A DNA stretch of 64,000 nt from NCBI GenBank assembly GCA_965660445.1, contig CBFIAK010000001.1, positions 576,001 to 640,000 of the forward strand, read 5' to 3'. A model generated the notes under the pieces. That model was not told the DNA's origin, searched no databases, and saw nothing but the letters and a program-made list of their open reading frames with translations. How positions within the stretch are numbered: position 1 is the first letter of the stretch; every line of letters begins with the position of its first letter. This DNA comes from Patescibacteria group bacterium. Its GTDB lineage: Bacteria; Patescibacteriota; Gracilibacteria; UBA4473. Below are positions 11,101 through 20,988 of this stretch, one piece after another. Made by a program: the position numbers and the translations under genes.

Positions 11101-14100
11101 TTGAAAATGGAGTATTTGAAGGCTTGTGGTATCCATCAACGCAAGCAAAGGATGTTTCATTTGTATTTGAATCGGTAAGCGATGTTTTACCAATCAAAGA
11201 AACAATGGTTTCAGTGATCCCTGATGAGCCAGTTGAACTCCTATGGAAAGAAAGTCCTAACTCTTTGATTTTGGGTGAAGATTGGGTTTCTTCATCTGTT
11301 ATATTGGTTGATCAGTATAAAAACGAGATTGACGATGTTGTGCATTTTTTAGTGTGGAATATTGAAAACGGAATATTTGAAGGCGCAGAAGAAGCATCAG
11401 AAAAAAGTCTTTTTGGAGTTACTGGGGAGGGAAGTGTGCGTATAAAAGGGACTGCTGGTGGGGAAGCGACTCTTTCCGTGCGATCAGGAATGACGGATGC
11501 CGTTCTTACAAAAGAGATAGAAGTAATTGAGCGTCCAGTGTTACGGGGATTTATGAGAGAAACAGAGATAAAAGTGGGGAAAGATACACCGACTTTTATA
11601 GAGATTGAGGCCCAAACAGCAGAAGGGGATGTTTTGAATCGTGATATTCAGGTTGAAATTCTTCTTTCCGATCCTGACATGGGAACTATTGAAAAACGAG
11701 TTCTCCTTGAAAACGGAGCGGGAAAGATTCCGTTTTTTCCCGGAACAAAAGCAGGGGTTGTATCATTTGAGTTTGTTTCTGCGGGGTTTGAAAGTCGACC
11801 TTTGTTTCTCAAAATAACACCAGACGAACCACATCATATTGAAATGGGCTTCAGTGAAAAAGTATTAAAGGCACAAGCACAACAAAACGCTTTTGTGGAA
11901 GTACAAGTTTCTGATCGGTATGGAAACAGAGTTGATTCTTTTCAAGGAAACGGAGTATTAGCGTTCAACGAGCCACATATTGTGGTTGATGATGTCGACG
12001 AAGATTTGTCACTCACGCTTGAACAAGAACAATACATAGAACAAGAAAATAGAATTCCAGAAAGTGTGTCGCAACCAAATGATCCACAACTACTTCAGTT
12101 TCCAGATGGACGCACGTTTCGATTTCGAAATGGAACAGCTCGAATAAGGGTTCAGTCTTCAGATCGATCAGGTGAAGTGTATATGACTGCAAAAACGAAA
12201 GATGTTCATCCGGGGATACTTCATTTTTCAGTTGTTCGCGGATTAGAACAAGAAACGATCAATACATTTACGGGCAAATCATTACTCACTATTTTGGGTG
12301 GTATACATGGTGGATTTGTGCCACAGAAAAGAAGTTTTGGAAATCAAATAGTTTTATCGGGTGAGAATCAAGCCGTAGGGGTAAGTGTGTCGGATCCTCA
12401 AAATAAAGCACAGAAAGGGTTTTTAACACCTCAGGGAGTTGTGTCTGATAATGTTTCAGTTCGACTTGTTTCGGATGAGTTTTTCACATTGTCAGTTCAT
12501 CAAGAAAAACAACAGCTTGCGAGTGTTCGGTTTTTATTTGCCCCAAAGGGAGAAACCGTATCTTTTCGTCCAGTGAGATCAATATCGGAATGGAAACAAC
12601 AACCATCTGGTATTTATTTTTTACCACACAATGATGAGGGGGTTGTGTTGGAGAATCAAACATTTTTGCACAACGGAAAAAAGCTCTTTACAATAACAAA
12701 AAATGGAGGTGTGCGCGTAGAAAATGTGGATATTTCGTTTCAGTTAAGTTCTGCACAAAACATACACCAGTGGGATGTGTTTTTGCACGATAGACTTTTG
12801 GGGAAACTGCTTGTAAAACCGTATGGAGAGAAAGGATACAGAATTGTTCAAAATTTTTATTCAGTTAGTGAGTCAGGTGTTTATGTGCGTTCGGATTCCA
12901 TGCGTATACGTACCGAGTTTGGATACACCGGGTATACAACGCATGATGATGTTGGAATATTATGGGTTGATAGAGAAGAAGTCGCTGATGAAATAAATCA
13001 ATTAGGCTTTTCAACTTATTCTATTGAAAACTGGGGCGAAGACGAACGAGGAGGATGGAATACTCCGTTTCGACCATTTGTACATTTATCGAGTGGGAAC
13101 ACTATAGGAGAATCAACTCGTATAGGATCAAGTCCAGCGTTCTTGCTTTTTGGAGATCCGACGCTTCGTATTCGCAACGATGATGATCAAGAAAATGAAG
13201 GAATTACGAGTGATATTGGTCGAATATTATGGCGTAGTCGTGCTGGAGATATCGATCATCTTGCGTTTGGAGATATGAATGGTGATGGACTTTTAGATTT
13301 GTTTTTTCAAGTTGAAAACCAAATATGGGTCAGTTATGCGGATAGTTTTTCAAAAGGATCGTATCATACGCCGTTGCCAGTATTTCGATCTTCACAAGAA
13401 ATAAAAAGTTTTGGTGTTTTTGATGCTGCACAAGATGGGTTTTGGGATATGATGTTTCTGGATGAAAAAGGGGAGTTGCAGACCTATAAAAACACACAAG
13501 GGCGATGGAAACGAGAAGAGAAAAATACATTTTTCCAATCAATAAACAAAGGATTAGATCTGCCTTTGTTTGAACGGTTTCGAATTGATTTTGTAGGGGA
13601 AGATTCGATGCTTGATATTATTGCTTTTGACGAAAATCAGTGTCTTTGGTATGCCAACGGTGGAGTCTCTGGATTTGTGAATTTTGATCAGCAAGATTGT
13701 CTTGCTCCTACCACAAAAATTACGGAAGAAATATATCGAGTATCGGATTATCAAGGGATACTCAATCGAACATTTCCAAAAGAAGAATTTTCAGTGTTGT
13801 CACAAACATTTTTTGCGTTTTCTGACCGTGATGTAACCACTGATGACACATTATATTTAACCACTTATGGAATCGAAGATGCAGTGGGACACCATCCTTT
13901 ATCTTTTCATCCTGAACTTGATTCGAAAATATTGATAACACCTCTTGCATCAACAACAATGTCTGAAAAAGGAACACTATTTGATGTGCGTTTAGAAATT
14001 CAATCATTTAATGATCCTCCATTATCGGGTCATGTTATTCTTCCTGATATAGAAGGCTTTCAATTTGAGTCAGGGAGTGAGTCGTGTGAAGGATGTTCAT

Positions 14101-17100
14101 CTTTTGAGGTTCGAGAACGAACCCCTGTTGGAAGTCGTTGGATAACATTTGAAACTGAAAATACTCAGAGCGTTGTGTTTGTTTGGCGTATGTCGGTTGA
14201 TAGGTTGCCTTCGAAAGGATGGCATTTTGAAGATGTGTTATCAGAAACAGGGAAAAAAGAAGTTGTTTTTCCATGGGAAGGGAGTGACCAAACATCACAA
14301 TTGAGAGTGTATTGGGAAAAAGATGGGGCGCTTATTCGGTCTTTTCTTGATATTGAGAACATTGAAGATACCAATGAATCGGATTTTGTAGGAAATAGGT
14401 CTGAAGCCGATATAAAGGCAGAAATTACTCAACCACTCAAGGCTGATTCTGATGGTGATGGGTACCCTGATATATATGAAGAAGGTGGAATGATCCCTAA
14501 AATTGTATTTGAAGAAGGAAATATTGGATCCGTTCTGCAATCACTCAGTAATGATATAACGGAAAAAAAGAAAGAAAAGGTCTGTGAATCAGCTATGCCG
14601 AACGCCGTTTCTTCTCTTCCAAAAACTTTTTTTGCTCCGGGGAGTGATATTGTATATGCGCCGCCGTTTTCTTTTCCGGGCACATTCCATATGGGAACAG
14701 CAAGTTTTTGGTTACCAACACCACCGGTTTCACCAACATCGCAAACATCAAATTTTCGGCTTTATATAATGCCAACTACTACTGGAAAAGTTGGAATTGC
14801 GGGATGCAGTGGTGAATACTTTTCAAGTCTTATACCGCCAAAATGGAGTCCCAATTGTTTTGCTTCAGTACCATCAGGTATTGGACAGATTTGTCATGAA
14901 AAAGAAGTGAATGTGAGTGATGTGCAGTCACAGAATATTATGGCTGGGTTTTCAAAAGAAGATCGAAAAACAAGTTTGAATCCAACTCCAACAAAACCAA
15001 ATCGACAAATAAAAGGAGCAGATATTGTCTCTCAATTTTTTCAAGAACAATTTCGAGAGTATTCAAATATGAAATTCGAAAGTACAACGATCAAAAAACC
15101 AAAAATCCAATCAGGAACAGATACGAGTGAGATAAATACAGCCAGTGAAAGTTCAGTACCAGTGGCAGTACAATATGAAGATCCTCAGTCATGGATGCGG
15201 CGATTGTTTGCATCAACTTTTACACAAACGAATGCACCGCAAGAGAATACAAATCAAGAAGAATTAAATGAAAAGAATGTAGACCAAGAGCTCGCCGAAT
15301 CTCCGTTTGCGAATGTGCAAGAAGATACAGTAACCATTGCTTATCCAAAGGTAACAGAGTCACAAAGAGCAGCCTATCAAGAATCGTATACACAATACAA
15401 AGAGTCCTATTTTGAATGGAAAGAAAAAATGGAATCTGATCGGTTTGCACTTGAATCTCGTATCGCAAAGGCGGAAGAAGAAAACAATGTTTCTTTTGAT
15501 TTTCTTGGAGCTATGGCAGAACTCGAAAAACGAAAACAGCAAGAAGCACAAGAACAACAGAAATTTGAGAAAGCTCAAAAAGATCACAAAGCAGTCATGT
15601 CTTATGCGAAAGGAGGTGTTTTTCTTCAGGAATTAAGTGAGACTATTGATTCAGCAAAAGAATCGCTTTTAGAGCAAACAAGAATGATGGAGTCGTATAT
15701 GATGTCTTATGATGATGTGCTTGGGGATACTTTGCAAAACCTTGAGTCTTTTCAGTCGTCTGCTGACAAGTTTATGCAATCCCTTGATCCGATTATTGAA
15801 CCGTTTGTAAAATACCCTCAAAAATATCCATCTGCCGTGAGTCGGGGGACGCTTTCTGATTGGTTAATTCGTTTATTTTTATCAGGTATTTCTTTGCCGG
15901 TAAAGGGTGTTTCTGTGGGAGGAAATCAAATACTTGATGTCAGTAATTCTATACCAGTGCTTCAGGCTCAAATTCCAAAAATAACAACAAAACCAGTAGA
16001 ACTGAACGTGTTCAGCATTCCTGAAAAACCACAATCTCACTCTATTGAAGAAGGGAATCCGTGGACATTTACACAGTTATGGAACTGGGTTTCATCGCTT
16101 ACTTCTGCTGATCGGGAAAAAGTTATTGATAGGGATCGATTAGGAAGTCTAACAGGAGATGGAAGTGATGAGAATTTAAACACAAAACTTCAATCTTTAT
16201 CAGCAATACAACGGGATGAAGTGATTGATTATGCAGCGCTTGCTTCCTTGATGAATGTCGAGTTAGAAGAAAAAGAGGGATTGCCGATTCTTCCTCAGTT
16301 TCCAATATTCGATTTTAAAGTTCCTTCAATATTATTACCAGCATTAGAAACACTAGAAATACCGTCTTTACCAGATGTGTCTTTACAAACGGTGAAAGAT
16401 ATTGTTACTTTATCTTCTTCAGTCTTGGATTTAGTTGGGGCTGTGAATATGGGAGTAAGTCCAGTGCCAGAATGGTATTTGCGTCCACATATAACACAAC
16501 AAGCGAACCGTGAGACATTAGGGGAGCTTGATTTTCAAGCGTCTGCGTTGTCTTCACCGCCAAAACGAACAGAAAAACCACAAGAAACAAGAACTGAAAA
16601 AAATACAGAACCAACATCGGTACTACAAACAGAACGGTCGTTTGTGGATCAGGTTTCAGAAAGTTTTCAGTGTGTGGTCGAAAAAATAAAAAACAGTACA
16701 AAAGGGTTGCCAATGTCTCGTAGTTGTGGGGTACAAGGAAACGAAATTTCTTTTGAAAGTGGAGTTTCGTCTTCGTTCTATCATGATGATTGGCGGAAAT
16801 GGACGGCATCTACACAAGATATCTCTCAAGTGCCATCAGCATTATCAATAGATAGAGTATCTTCATTTCAAGAGGCTCAATCGAATGTTGAACCACGACC
16901 AAAGCCATATTACTATGAAGAATCAACCGGTAATTTGTTTTTAGTGAACCAGTTAGAAACAGAGGAAAATGTATCGATATATCATTTTGATACAAATTAT
17001 GATGCCGTGGATGAGGTGTTTGTTGTGGTTGGTGATACTGTGTATGCACAAAATCCGTATTGGAACGAATTGAATGATGATACGATATATGATGATATTC

Positions 17101-18296
17101 GGTCAGCGATACGAAATGATATTGTGCGTATGACATGGACTGAGTGGCAAGAAAAGTATGTGTTTGCACGTTCTGTAGATATTCGGTTTGATCCTCGAGG
17201 AGCTGAAATACAAATTCATCGTTTTGATGATGAAGTATCTTATTATGAATGGGTTTTTACTGATCGTCGAGATGATATATTTGATGAAACAAAGAAAACT
17301 ATGGGGAGTTCTTCAGTGGTACGTCGAATTGGAATGCTTGTAGAGCCAGAAATGATTGACTATGATATCCGTCCACAAAAAGCAAATATTGTACGAGTAG
17401 TTGGAAACCCTGTTGGATACATGCCAGCTCTGCAAGATTTACAAACCTATTCCCCAGAGGAATGTGCAAATACACAAGTGCCAAAACCGTTTTTCTCAGA
17501 ACGATCATTAATTATCGGTGATGCTGTGTCTTCTCGGTTGGAGATTCGTGTACCTCCTCGAGAAGGACGACCTGAAAAACGGCAAGGTATTGTCATAAAA
17601 GGGAATGAAGAAACTTCTGTTGAGTATGCGGAAGTATGTGTAACTCGTGGAAATGTGTTTGTATTAGAGAGAGGAAAAAATGAACGAATTGATATACAAG
17701 AAGGTCAATATATTATGCACGGATCACAAATTCATCTTGACCAGAATGATGAAGTAGAACTAGAACTTTTTGATGGGACTCGAGTTGTATTGCGTTCGAA
17801 TCAGCGATATGATTTCTTTGCATTTCCTCCTGAAACACAACGTATTGAGCAGTGGGTTGGGGTATCTGCAGGTGTGTGGTATCATTCTCTTACTGCATTG
17901 AAGGAAAATGTGCCTTCGTTTTGGATACCCCTTGGGGTACTCAATCCTCAATTAGGAGATGATAGATCGCCACCACGCATACGCATTAAAGGGGGAGGCG
18001 AACAGACCTTTATGATGGGAGACTCTATCACCATTGATGCTTCGTTTACAACTGATGATGATAAAATAGCGAGTGTGTGGTGGGATTTGAATGAATCGGT
18101 TGATACAGATAATGATGGTGATGCGGTGAATGACAGAGATTTCGTATCGCGAGATGAAAAACCTCGTGATGCCTTAACCATTACTCTTAATCCGTTTGAT
18201 CGTGTGGGAGAGTATGTGGTTCGGCTTTGGGTTCGTGATTCGGCAGGAAATGAATCGTGGGAATCAGTACGTTTGAAAATTGAGTCACAACCATAA
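8160..18296 (+). CDS. Giant secreted surface protein (~3,380 aa): C25/gingipain-like motifs, Ig-like repeats, FG-GAP repeats, coiled coil, C-terminal PKD-like domain
   Basis: Signal peptide ending LQISFA; GTVLIGDVPLP and LLFGDPTL; D.Y.N Ig-type motifs (VDQYKN, SDRYGN); DMNGDGLLD; DSDGDGYPD; C-terminal ITIDAS.TTDD..I....WD...G.Y.V.L.V.D.AGN. Confidence 0.8.
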   Translation: MNHSFSQFFSSLRRFCVFLCVGMCLMPLQISFAFWSWFTQKDQTIRADRIPLVSILVEESLLENIKLKNLIDQYALHVQNAVKGQSVLVGVPKDASVKDVFEGNAHLYFSGFENEEKTELIGTVLIGDVPLPIVQKGESLYPSVYPYVDFVSPSFLWNEASNRFVFESGGDEQAEIWHGVIRSDRHNESRNQSNQKTIQEDREKDLVSYFTQNARVHRGEVSFANQFFWMNQPLQKEALSDSLRQKYNTYLETLEDRLYARYSKHWLHQMHKKESEKKTLPWTLLSSSVKPENEINTQSLTESVIDVVTKPMIDLYAHSYREAWKPWIAGQQKNIDMASRWDETQTKTTIDFVAQKDALSGAFLKGINDTLTQELVYLLQEYNGATSLGVPKIKDSFFTGTLDGEGDVLFWNGVDRSEMTSEDCSLLRGNPRTEKNLFAQMAYDGDEFFNAAQGSSGCETVFTRVNEDEQRVHRFDSLMVHDEPRPETIAQHLDALTLSNIPIDDPHGVSFYNHGAEFRRFDMINFFDYLDDITFPFDEEKRTALLSRIENDITQYTQLLNDFLESGNQINQDRLNADMPSQWPVDVCMPQGAWGCYDGGGFPLSLNDCRSYSKTVSNPDVFTTRIEWNETCEWNTAGNPLQTETKTEKVVRFYETGNLIPQNALLQTLQELNIDRIIDVLVWLRTDIETKNNLVFEQIFSSQSEAQSFFFDSSLNGFEGVDLVLQSFPTHGNAPLVYDMSFEVGDFEDGDYQFIRSQSRMREAFETPIAFLGVSASQMFPEKKRESDGAVRVYTDEETGEQEVLLPENKNDFLDTPLVIRLQPEALIVGSTDIDAIQIEATLYNRANRVVKTDFETELTLSLPHQLSRKWFRVIPEATQTVSSGRATWYLLPQDIQKSRLDSVVEVFSNTNMIANIPLRVYDSNIDIYWNDDTPIAGNKDGIRFEGRILNEEGKKTNQYDGELVTVRADGGRFENTEFVIENGVFEGLWYPSTQAKDVSFVFESVSDVLPIKETMVSVIPDEPVELLWKESPNSLILGEDWVSSSVILVDQYKNEIDDVVHFLVWNIENGIFEGAEEASEKSLFGVTGEGSVRIKGTAGGEATLSVRSGMTDAVLTKEIEVIERPVLRGFMRETEIKVGKDTPTFIEIEAQTAEGDVLNRDIQVEILLSDPDMGTIEKRVLLENGAGKIPFFPGTKAGVVSFEFVSAGFESRPLFLKITPDEPHHIEMGFSEKVLKAQAQQNAFVEVQVSDRYGNRVDSFQGNGVLAFNEPHIVVDDVDEDLSLTLEQEQYIEQENRIPESVSQPNDPQLLQFPDGRTFRFRNGTARIRVQSSDRSGEVYMTAKTKDVHPGILHFSVVRGLEQETINTFTGKSLLTILGGIHGGFVPQKRSFGNQIVLSGENQAVGVSVSDPQNKAQKGFLTPQGVVSDNVSVRLVSDEFFTLSVHQEKQQLASVRFLFAPKGETVSFRPVRSISEWKQQPSGIYFLPHNDEGVVLENQTFLHNGKKLFTITKNGGVRVENVDISFQLSSAQNIHQWDVFLHDRLLGKLLVKPYGEKGYRIVQNFYSVSESGVYVRSDSMRIRTEFGYTGYTTHDDVGILWVDREEVADEINQLGFSTYSIENWGEDERGGWNTPFRPFVHLSSGNTIGESTRIGSSPAFLLFGDPTLRIRNDDDQENEGITSDIGRILWRSRAGDIDHLAFGDMNGDGLLDLFFQVENQIWVSYADSFSKGSYHTPLPVFRSSQEIKSFGVFDAAQDGFWDMMFLDEKGELQTYKNTQGRWKREEKNTFFQSINKGLDLPLFERFRIDFVGEDSMLDIIAFDENQCLWYANGGVSGFVNFDQQDCLAPTTKITEEIYRVSDYQGILNRTFPKEEFSVLSQTFFAFSDRDVTTDDTLYLTTYGIEDAVGHHPLSFHPELDSKILITPLASTTMSEKGTLFDVRLEIQSFNDPPLSGHVILPDIEGFQFESGSESCEGCSSFEVRERTPVGSRWITFETENTQSVVFVWRMSVDRLPSKGWHFEDVLSETGKKEVVFPWEGSDQTSQLRVYWEKDGALIRSFLDIENIEDTNESDFVGNRSEADIKAEITQPLKADSDGDGYPDIYEEGGMIPKIVFEEGNIGSVLQSLSNDITEKKKEKVCESAMPNAVSSLPKTFFAPGSDIVYAPPFSFPGTFHMGTASFWLPTPPVSPTSQTSNFRLYIMPTTTGKVGIAGCSGEYFSSLIPPKWSPNCFASVPSGIGQICHEKEVNVSDVQSQNIMAGFSKEDRKTSLNPTPTKPNRQIKGADIVSQFFQEQFREYSNMKFESTTIKKPKIQSGTDTSEINTASESSVPVAVQYEDPQSWMRRLFASTFTQTNAPQENTNQEELNEKNVDQELAESPFANVQEDTVTIAYPKVTESQRAAYQESYTQYKESYFEWKEKMESDRFALESRIAKAEEENNVSFDFLGAMAELEKRKQQEAQEQQKFEKAQKDHKAVMSYAKGGVFLQELSETIDSAKESLLEQTRMMESYMMSYDDVLGDTLQNLESFQSSADKFMQSLDPIIEPFVKYPQKYPSAVSRGTLSDWLIRLFLSGISLPVKGVSVGGNQILDVSNSIPVLQAQIPKITTKPVELNVFSIPEKPQSHSIEEGNPWTFTQLWNWVSSLTSADREKVIDRDRLGSLTGDGSDENLNTKLQSLSAIQRDEVIDYAALASLMNVELEEKEGLPILPQFPIFDFKVPSILLPALETLEIPSLPDVSLQTVKDIVTLSSSVLDLVGAVNMGVSPVPEWYLRPHITQQANRETLGELDFQASALSSPPKRTEKPQETRTEKNTEPTSVLQTERSFVDQVSESFQCVVEKIKNSTKGLPMSRSCGVQGNEISFESGVSSSFYHDDWRKWTASTQDISQVPSALSIDRVSSFQEAQSNVEPRPKPYYYEESTGNLFLVNQLETEENVSIYHFDTNYDAVDEVFVVVGDTVYAQNPYWNELNDDTIYDDIRSAIRNDIVRMTWTEWQEKYVFARSVDIRFDPRGAEIQIHRFDDEVSYYEWVFTDRRDDIFDETKKTMGSSSVVRRIGMLVEPEMIDYDIRPQKANIVRVVGNPVGYMPALQDLQTYSPEECANTQVPKPFFSERSLIIGDAVSSRLEIRVPPREGRPEKRQGIVIKGNEETSVEYAEVCVTRGNVFVLERGKNERIDIQEGQYIMHGSQIHLDQNDEVELELFDGTRVVLRSNQRYDFFAFPPETQRIEQWVGVSAGVWYHSLTALKENVPSFWIPLGVLNPQLGDDRSPPRIRIKGGGEQTFMMGDSITIDASFTTDDDKIASVWWDLNESVDTDNDGDAVNDRDFVSRDEKPRDALTITLNPFDRVGEYVVRLWVRDSAGNESWESVRLKIESQP

Positions 18297-18694
18297 AAAG
18301 CATTTCGTTGTCACATAAATCATATATGTTTCAGAGGTGTGAAATGCTTTTTGTATGGTGAGGTGACCAACCTCGATTTATTTGCTCCGTATTTTAGTTT
18401 TTTATTTTTTTGTCTGTACTATTCATTTTTTTACAGCGGAATAGAATCGCTTTTTGTGTGTTTGTTTGAGAGAAGAGAATGGTCGGATTCTCAGTTTTTT
18501 GGAGCAAGAGAAGTATTTCTGACCTCAAAACGGTTTTTTTGTTTAAGATCAGAAAGCTTCCCTTTTTTTATGGACAATAAAGCTTTTAAAGAACGACTGA
18601 CTCATCATTGTATCATAAAAAATAAAAAAAATCAAAAAAAGAGTTGCAATAAATAAAGATATTTCTACAATCTGCCAGTATTATATTGAATATT

Positions 18695-19120
18695 ATGGAT
18701 AAACGCATACAACAATTCACGGAAAAATATTGTAAATCATCAGTTCCAGACGTGCGCACTGGGTATCTCGTGTGTGTACATCAAAAGATTAAAGAAGGAA
18801 ATAAAGAACGAATACAAAAGTTTCAAGGAACGGTTATTAAGGTAGGAGATGGTTCTGGTATTCAACGGTCTTTTACGGTGCGAAAAGTGTCTGAGGGAAT
18901 CGGTGTTGAAAAAACATATTTACTTCATTCTCCAAATGTTGTGACCATTGAGGTTCTGCGAGCACACAAAGTACGACAAGCAAAACTTTATTATTTGCGA
19001 GATCTTTCAGGGAAAGCACTTCGAATGAGAGAGATTCCTCTGAAATTAAAAGAACTCTTCTTTAATTCTCAGAAACCAACAGAGAGTGTAACTGAGGAAG
19101 AATCAGTAACTGCAGAATAA
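18695..19120 (+). CDS. rplS: 50S ribosomal protein L19
   Basis: IKEGNKERIQKFQGTVI, FTVRKVSEGIGVEK, KVRQAKLYYLRDLSGKA; promoter TTGCAA-N16-TACAAT at 18644-18671. Confidence 0.97.
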   Translation: MDKRIQQFTEKYCKSSVPDVRTGYLVCVHQKIKEGNKERIQKFQGTVIKVGDGSGIQRSFTVRKVSEGIGVEKTYLLHSPNVVTIEVLRAHKVRQAKLYYLRDLSGKALRMREIPLKLKELFFNSQKPTESVTEEESVTAE

Positions 19121-19128
19121 AAAAAAAG

Positions 19129-19160
19129 AAAAAAAGAGGGGCATCGCCCCTCTTTTTTTT
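19129..19160. terminator. Bidirectional intrinsic terminator between rplS and gatA
   Basis: A-tract GAGGGGC-atc-GCCCCTC T-tract between convergent genes. Confidence 0.85.
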
Positions 19161-20595
19161 ATGTGTTCGTTTGTAATGCGTGAGCAAGGCGAAGTAATTG
19201 AGCTTCTTCAAAGGCGGGAGCCATAAAATGGACGCCAATAGGAAGTTTTGATTGAGAATGTGATCCAGAAGGAATTGATATTCCACATATACCCGCGAGC
19301 GATGATGGGGTTAAGAAGATGTCTTCGTGATACATATCAATAGGAGATCTGTTTTCTCCGATAGAAAATGCTGGCGTTGGAGAAACGGGGCTTAACAGTA
19401 TATCGGCTTTCTGAAACGCATTTTTGAAATCCTGAATAATAAGGGTTCTTATTTTTTGAGCTTGTTGGTAATAGGCACTGCTATTGTCGTGCCCGAGAAT
19501 ATGAACGCCCATCATGATTCTTCGTTTTACCTCGGATCCAAGAAACTGAGTTCGGTTTTCACGATAGAGTTCGGCGAGTGTTTTTTCGTTTGTACTTTTT
19601 CCGTATCGTATACCATCAAATCGAGACATATTTGCCGATATTTCTGCAGGAGCAATAACATAATAAGCTGCCATTGCATACTTCGTGTGAGGCAGTGATA
19701 CATCGACTATTTCTGCCCCCATACTGAGGAGTTGTTGTTTTGTTTTTTCGATGGTTTTGAGTATTTCAGGGTCAATCGTGTACTCGAAATATTCTTTAGG
19801 TATTCCTATTCTTAAACGAGGAAGTGGAGATCTGAGAATTTGAGTATAATCGGGGGTATCGATATTTTTAGTGGTGCTATCATATACATCATTTCCGGCT
19901 ATATATGATAAAAGAAGAGCACAATCATGAGCTGTTTTTGCCAGAGGTCCGATCGTATCTAAACTTGGTGCCATAGGAATAACTCCAGATCTTGAAACAC
20001 GACCATAAGACACTTTAAGTCCGGTTACACCACAGAAATGAGCGGGTTGCCGTATAGATCCTCCTGTATCGGTACCAATTGATGCGGCACCAAAATGAGC
20101 GGCAACGGCTACTGCTGATCCTCCACTACTTCCACCTGATACTTTCTGGGTATTGTGTGGATTTTTGGTGACACCAAAGGCTGACGTTTCGGTGGAGGAC
20201 CCCATAGTGAATTCATCGGTGTTTACTTTACCGAGAAGAACGCATCCGGCTTGCTTTAACTTTTTCCAAACAGTTGCATCGAAAGGGGGAATAAAGTCTT
20301 CCAGCATATGTGAACTAGCCGTAGTTCGTATGCCCTTGGTACAGATAACATCTTTGAGTGTTATTGGAATTCCGTCTAAGGGAGAAATCGGGGCATTTTT
20401 TTGGTATCGTTTATCACTTTCTTGAGCTTGTGTTAATGCGTAATCAAACGTTTTGGTTACAAACGCATTGAGTGTTGTGTCTTCTTTTTCTATGTGATCT
20501 ATGTAATTTTTTGTTAATTCAACAGCTGTTATAGATCTATCTTTTAGTTTTTGAGAAAGGGAAAGAATATCTTCTTGTATAATATTTTTATTCAT
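19159..20595 (-). CDS. gatA: Asp-tRNA(Asn)/Glu-tRNA(Gln) amidotransferase subunit A
   Basis: Amidase signature GGSSGGSA, IGTDTGGSIRQPA, DEFTMGSSTE, RFDGIRYG, EVKRRIMMG. Confidence 0.97.
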   Translation of the reverse strand: MNKNIIQEDILSLSQKLKDRSITAVELTKNYIDHIEKEDTTLNAFVTKTFDYALTQAQESDKRYQKNAPISPLDGIPITLKDVICTKGIRTTASSHMLEDFIPPFDATVWKKLKQAGCVLLGKVNTDEFTMGSSTETSAFGVTKNPHNTQKVSGGSSGGSAVAVAAHFGAASIGTDTGGSIRQPAHFCGVTGLKVSYGRVSRSGVIPMAPSLDTIGPLAKTAHDCALLLSYIAGNDVYDSTTKNIDTPDYTQILRSPLPRLRIGIPKEYFEYTIDPEILKTIEKTKQQLLSMGAEIVDVSLPHTKYAMAAYYVIAPAEISANMSRFDGIRYGKSTNEKTLAELYRENRTQFLGSEVKRRIMMGVHILGHDNSSAYYQQAQKIRTLIIQDFKNAFQKADILLSPVSPTPAFSIGENRSPIDMYHEDIFLTPSSLAGICGISIPSGSHSQSKLPIGVHFMAPAFEEAQLLRLAHALQTNT

Positions 20596-20883
20596 TTATT
20601 GGGTAACAGAAGGAATACAGATTTGGTTTTCATGTTTCGGATGGAGACTGCAGTCAAGAAGTTCTTTTTGGTTTGTTTGTTGTTCTATATCATCATTTCG
20701 AAGTATGTTTGTGTTTCCAGTGACTTGATATGTTGGTGGTATGTTTTGAGTGTCGACTGATTTGAGTGTATCAAGTGTAGAAAAAATAGAAGATAAATCT
20801 TTTTGATATTGCGCTGTTTCTTCTTGAGTAAGGTGAATGTGTGCAAGATGTGCAATGCGTTCAACGTCTTTTTTTTGAATCAT
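20596..20883 (-). CDS. gatC: Amidotransferase subunit C
   Basis: DVERIAHLAHI...VDT..IPPT...N.LRND; directly upstream of gatA. Confidence 0.93.
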   Translation of the reverse strand: MIQKKDVERIAHLAHIHLTQEETAQYQKDLSSIFSTLDTLKSVDTQNIPPTYQVTGNTNILRNDDIEQQTNQKELLDCSLHPKHENQICIPSVTQ

Positions 20884-20952
20884 AATCGGATCATATCAAG
20901 AAAAATTTTTTTTTCAAAAAAACTCATCGATTTCTACTTGCGTAGAGAGTTG

Positions 20953-20981
20953 TTGACATTATTTGTATTTTATTTTATAAA
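20953..20981 (+). promoter_or_regulatory. Near-consensus sigma70 promoter, probable leaderless transcript
   Basis: TTGACA-N17-TATAAA, with ATG 20989 only 7 nt downstream. Confidence 0.65.
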
Positions 20982-20988
20982 AATAATA

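Noticed and set aside
18339-18656. 105-aa ORF upstream of rplS
   Set aside because: GTG start, Phe/Lys-biased low-complexity translation of AT-rich intergenic DNA; overlaps a terminator-like hairpin and the rplS promoter
20803-20988. N-terminal extension of the 714-aa ORF
   Set aside because: Overlaps gatC on the opposite strand and contains a near-consensus promoter directly before ATG 20989
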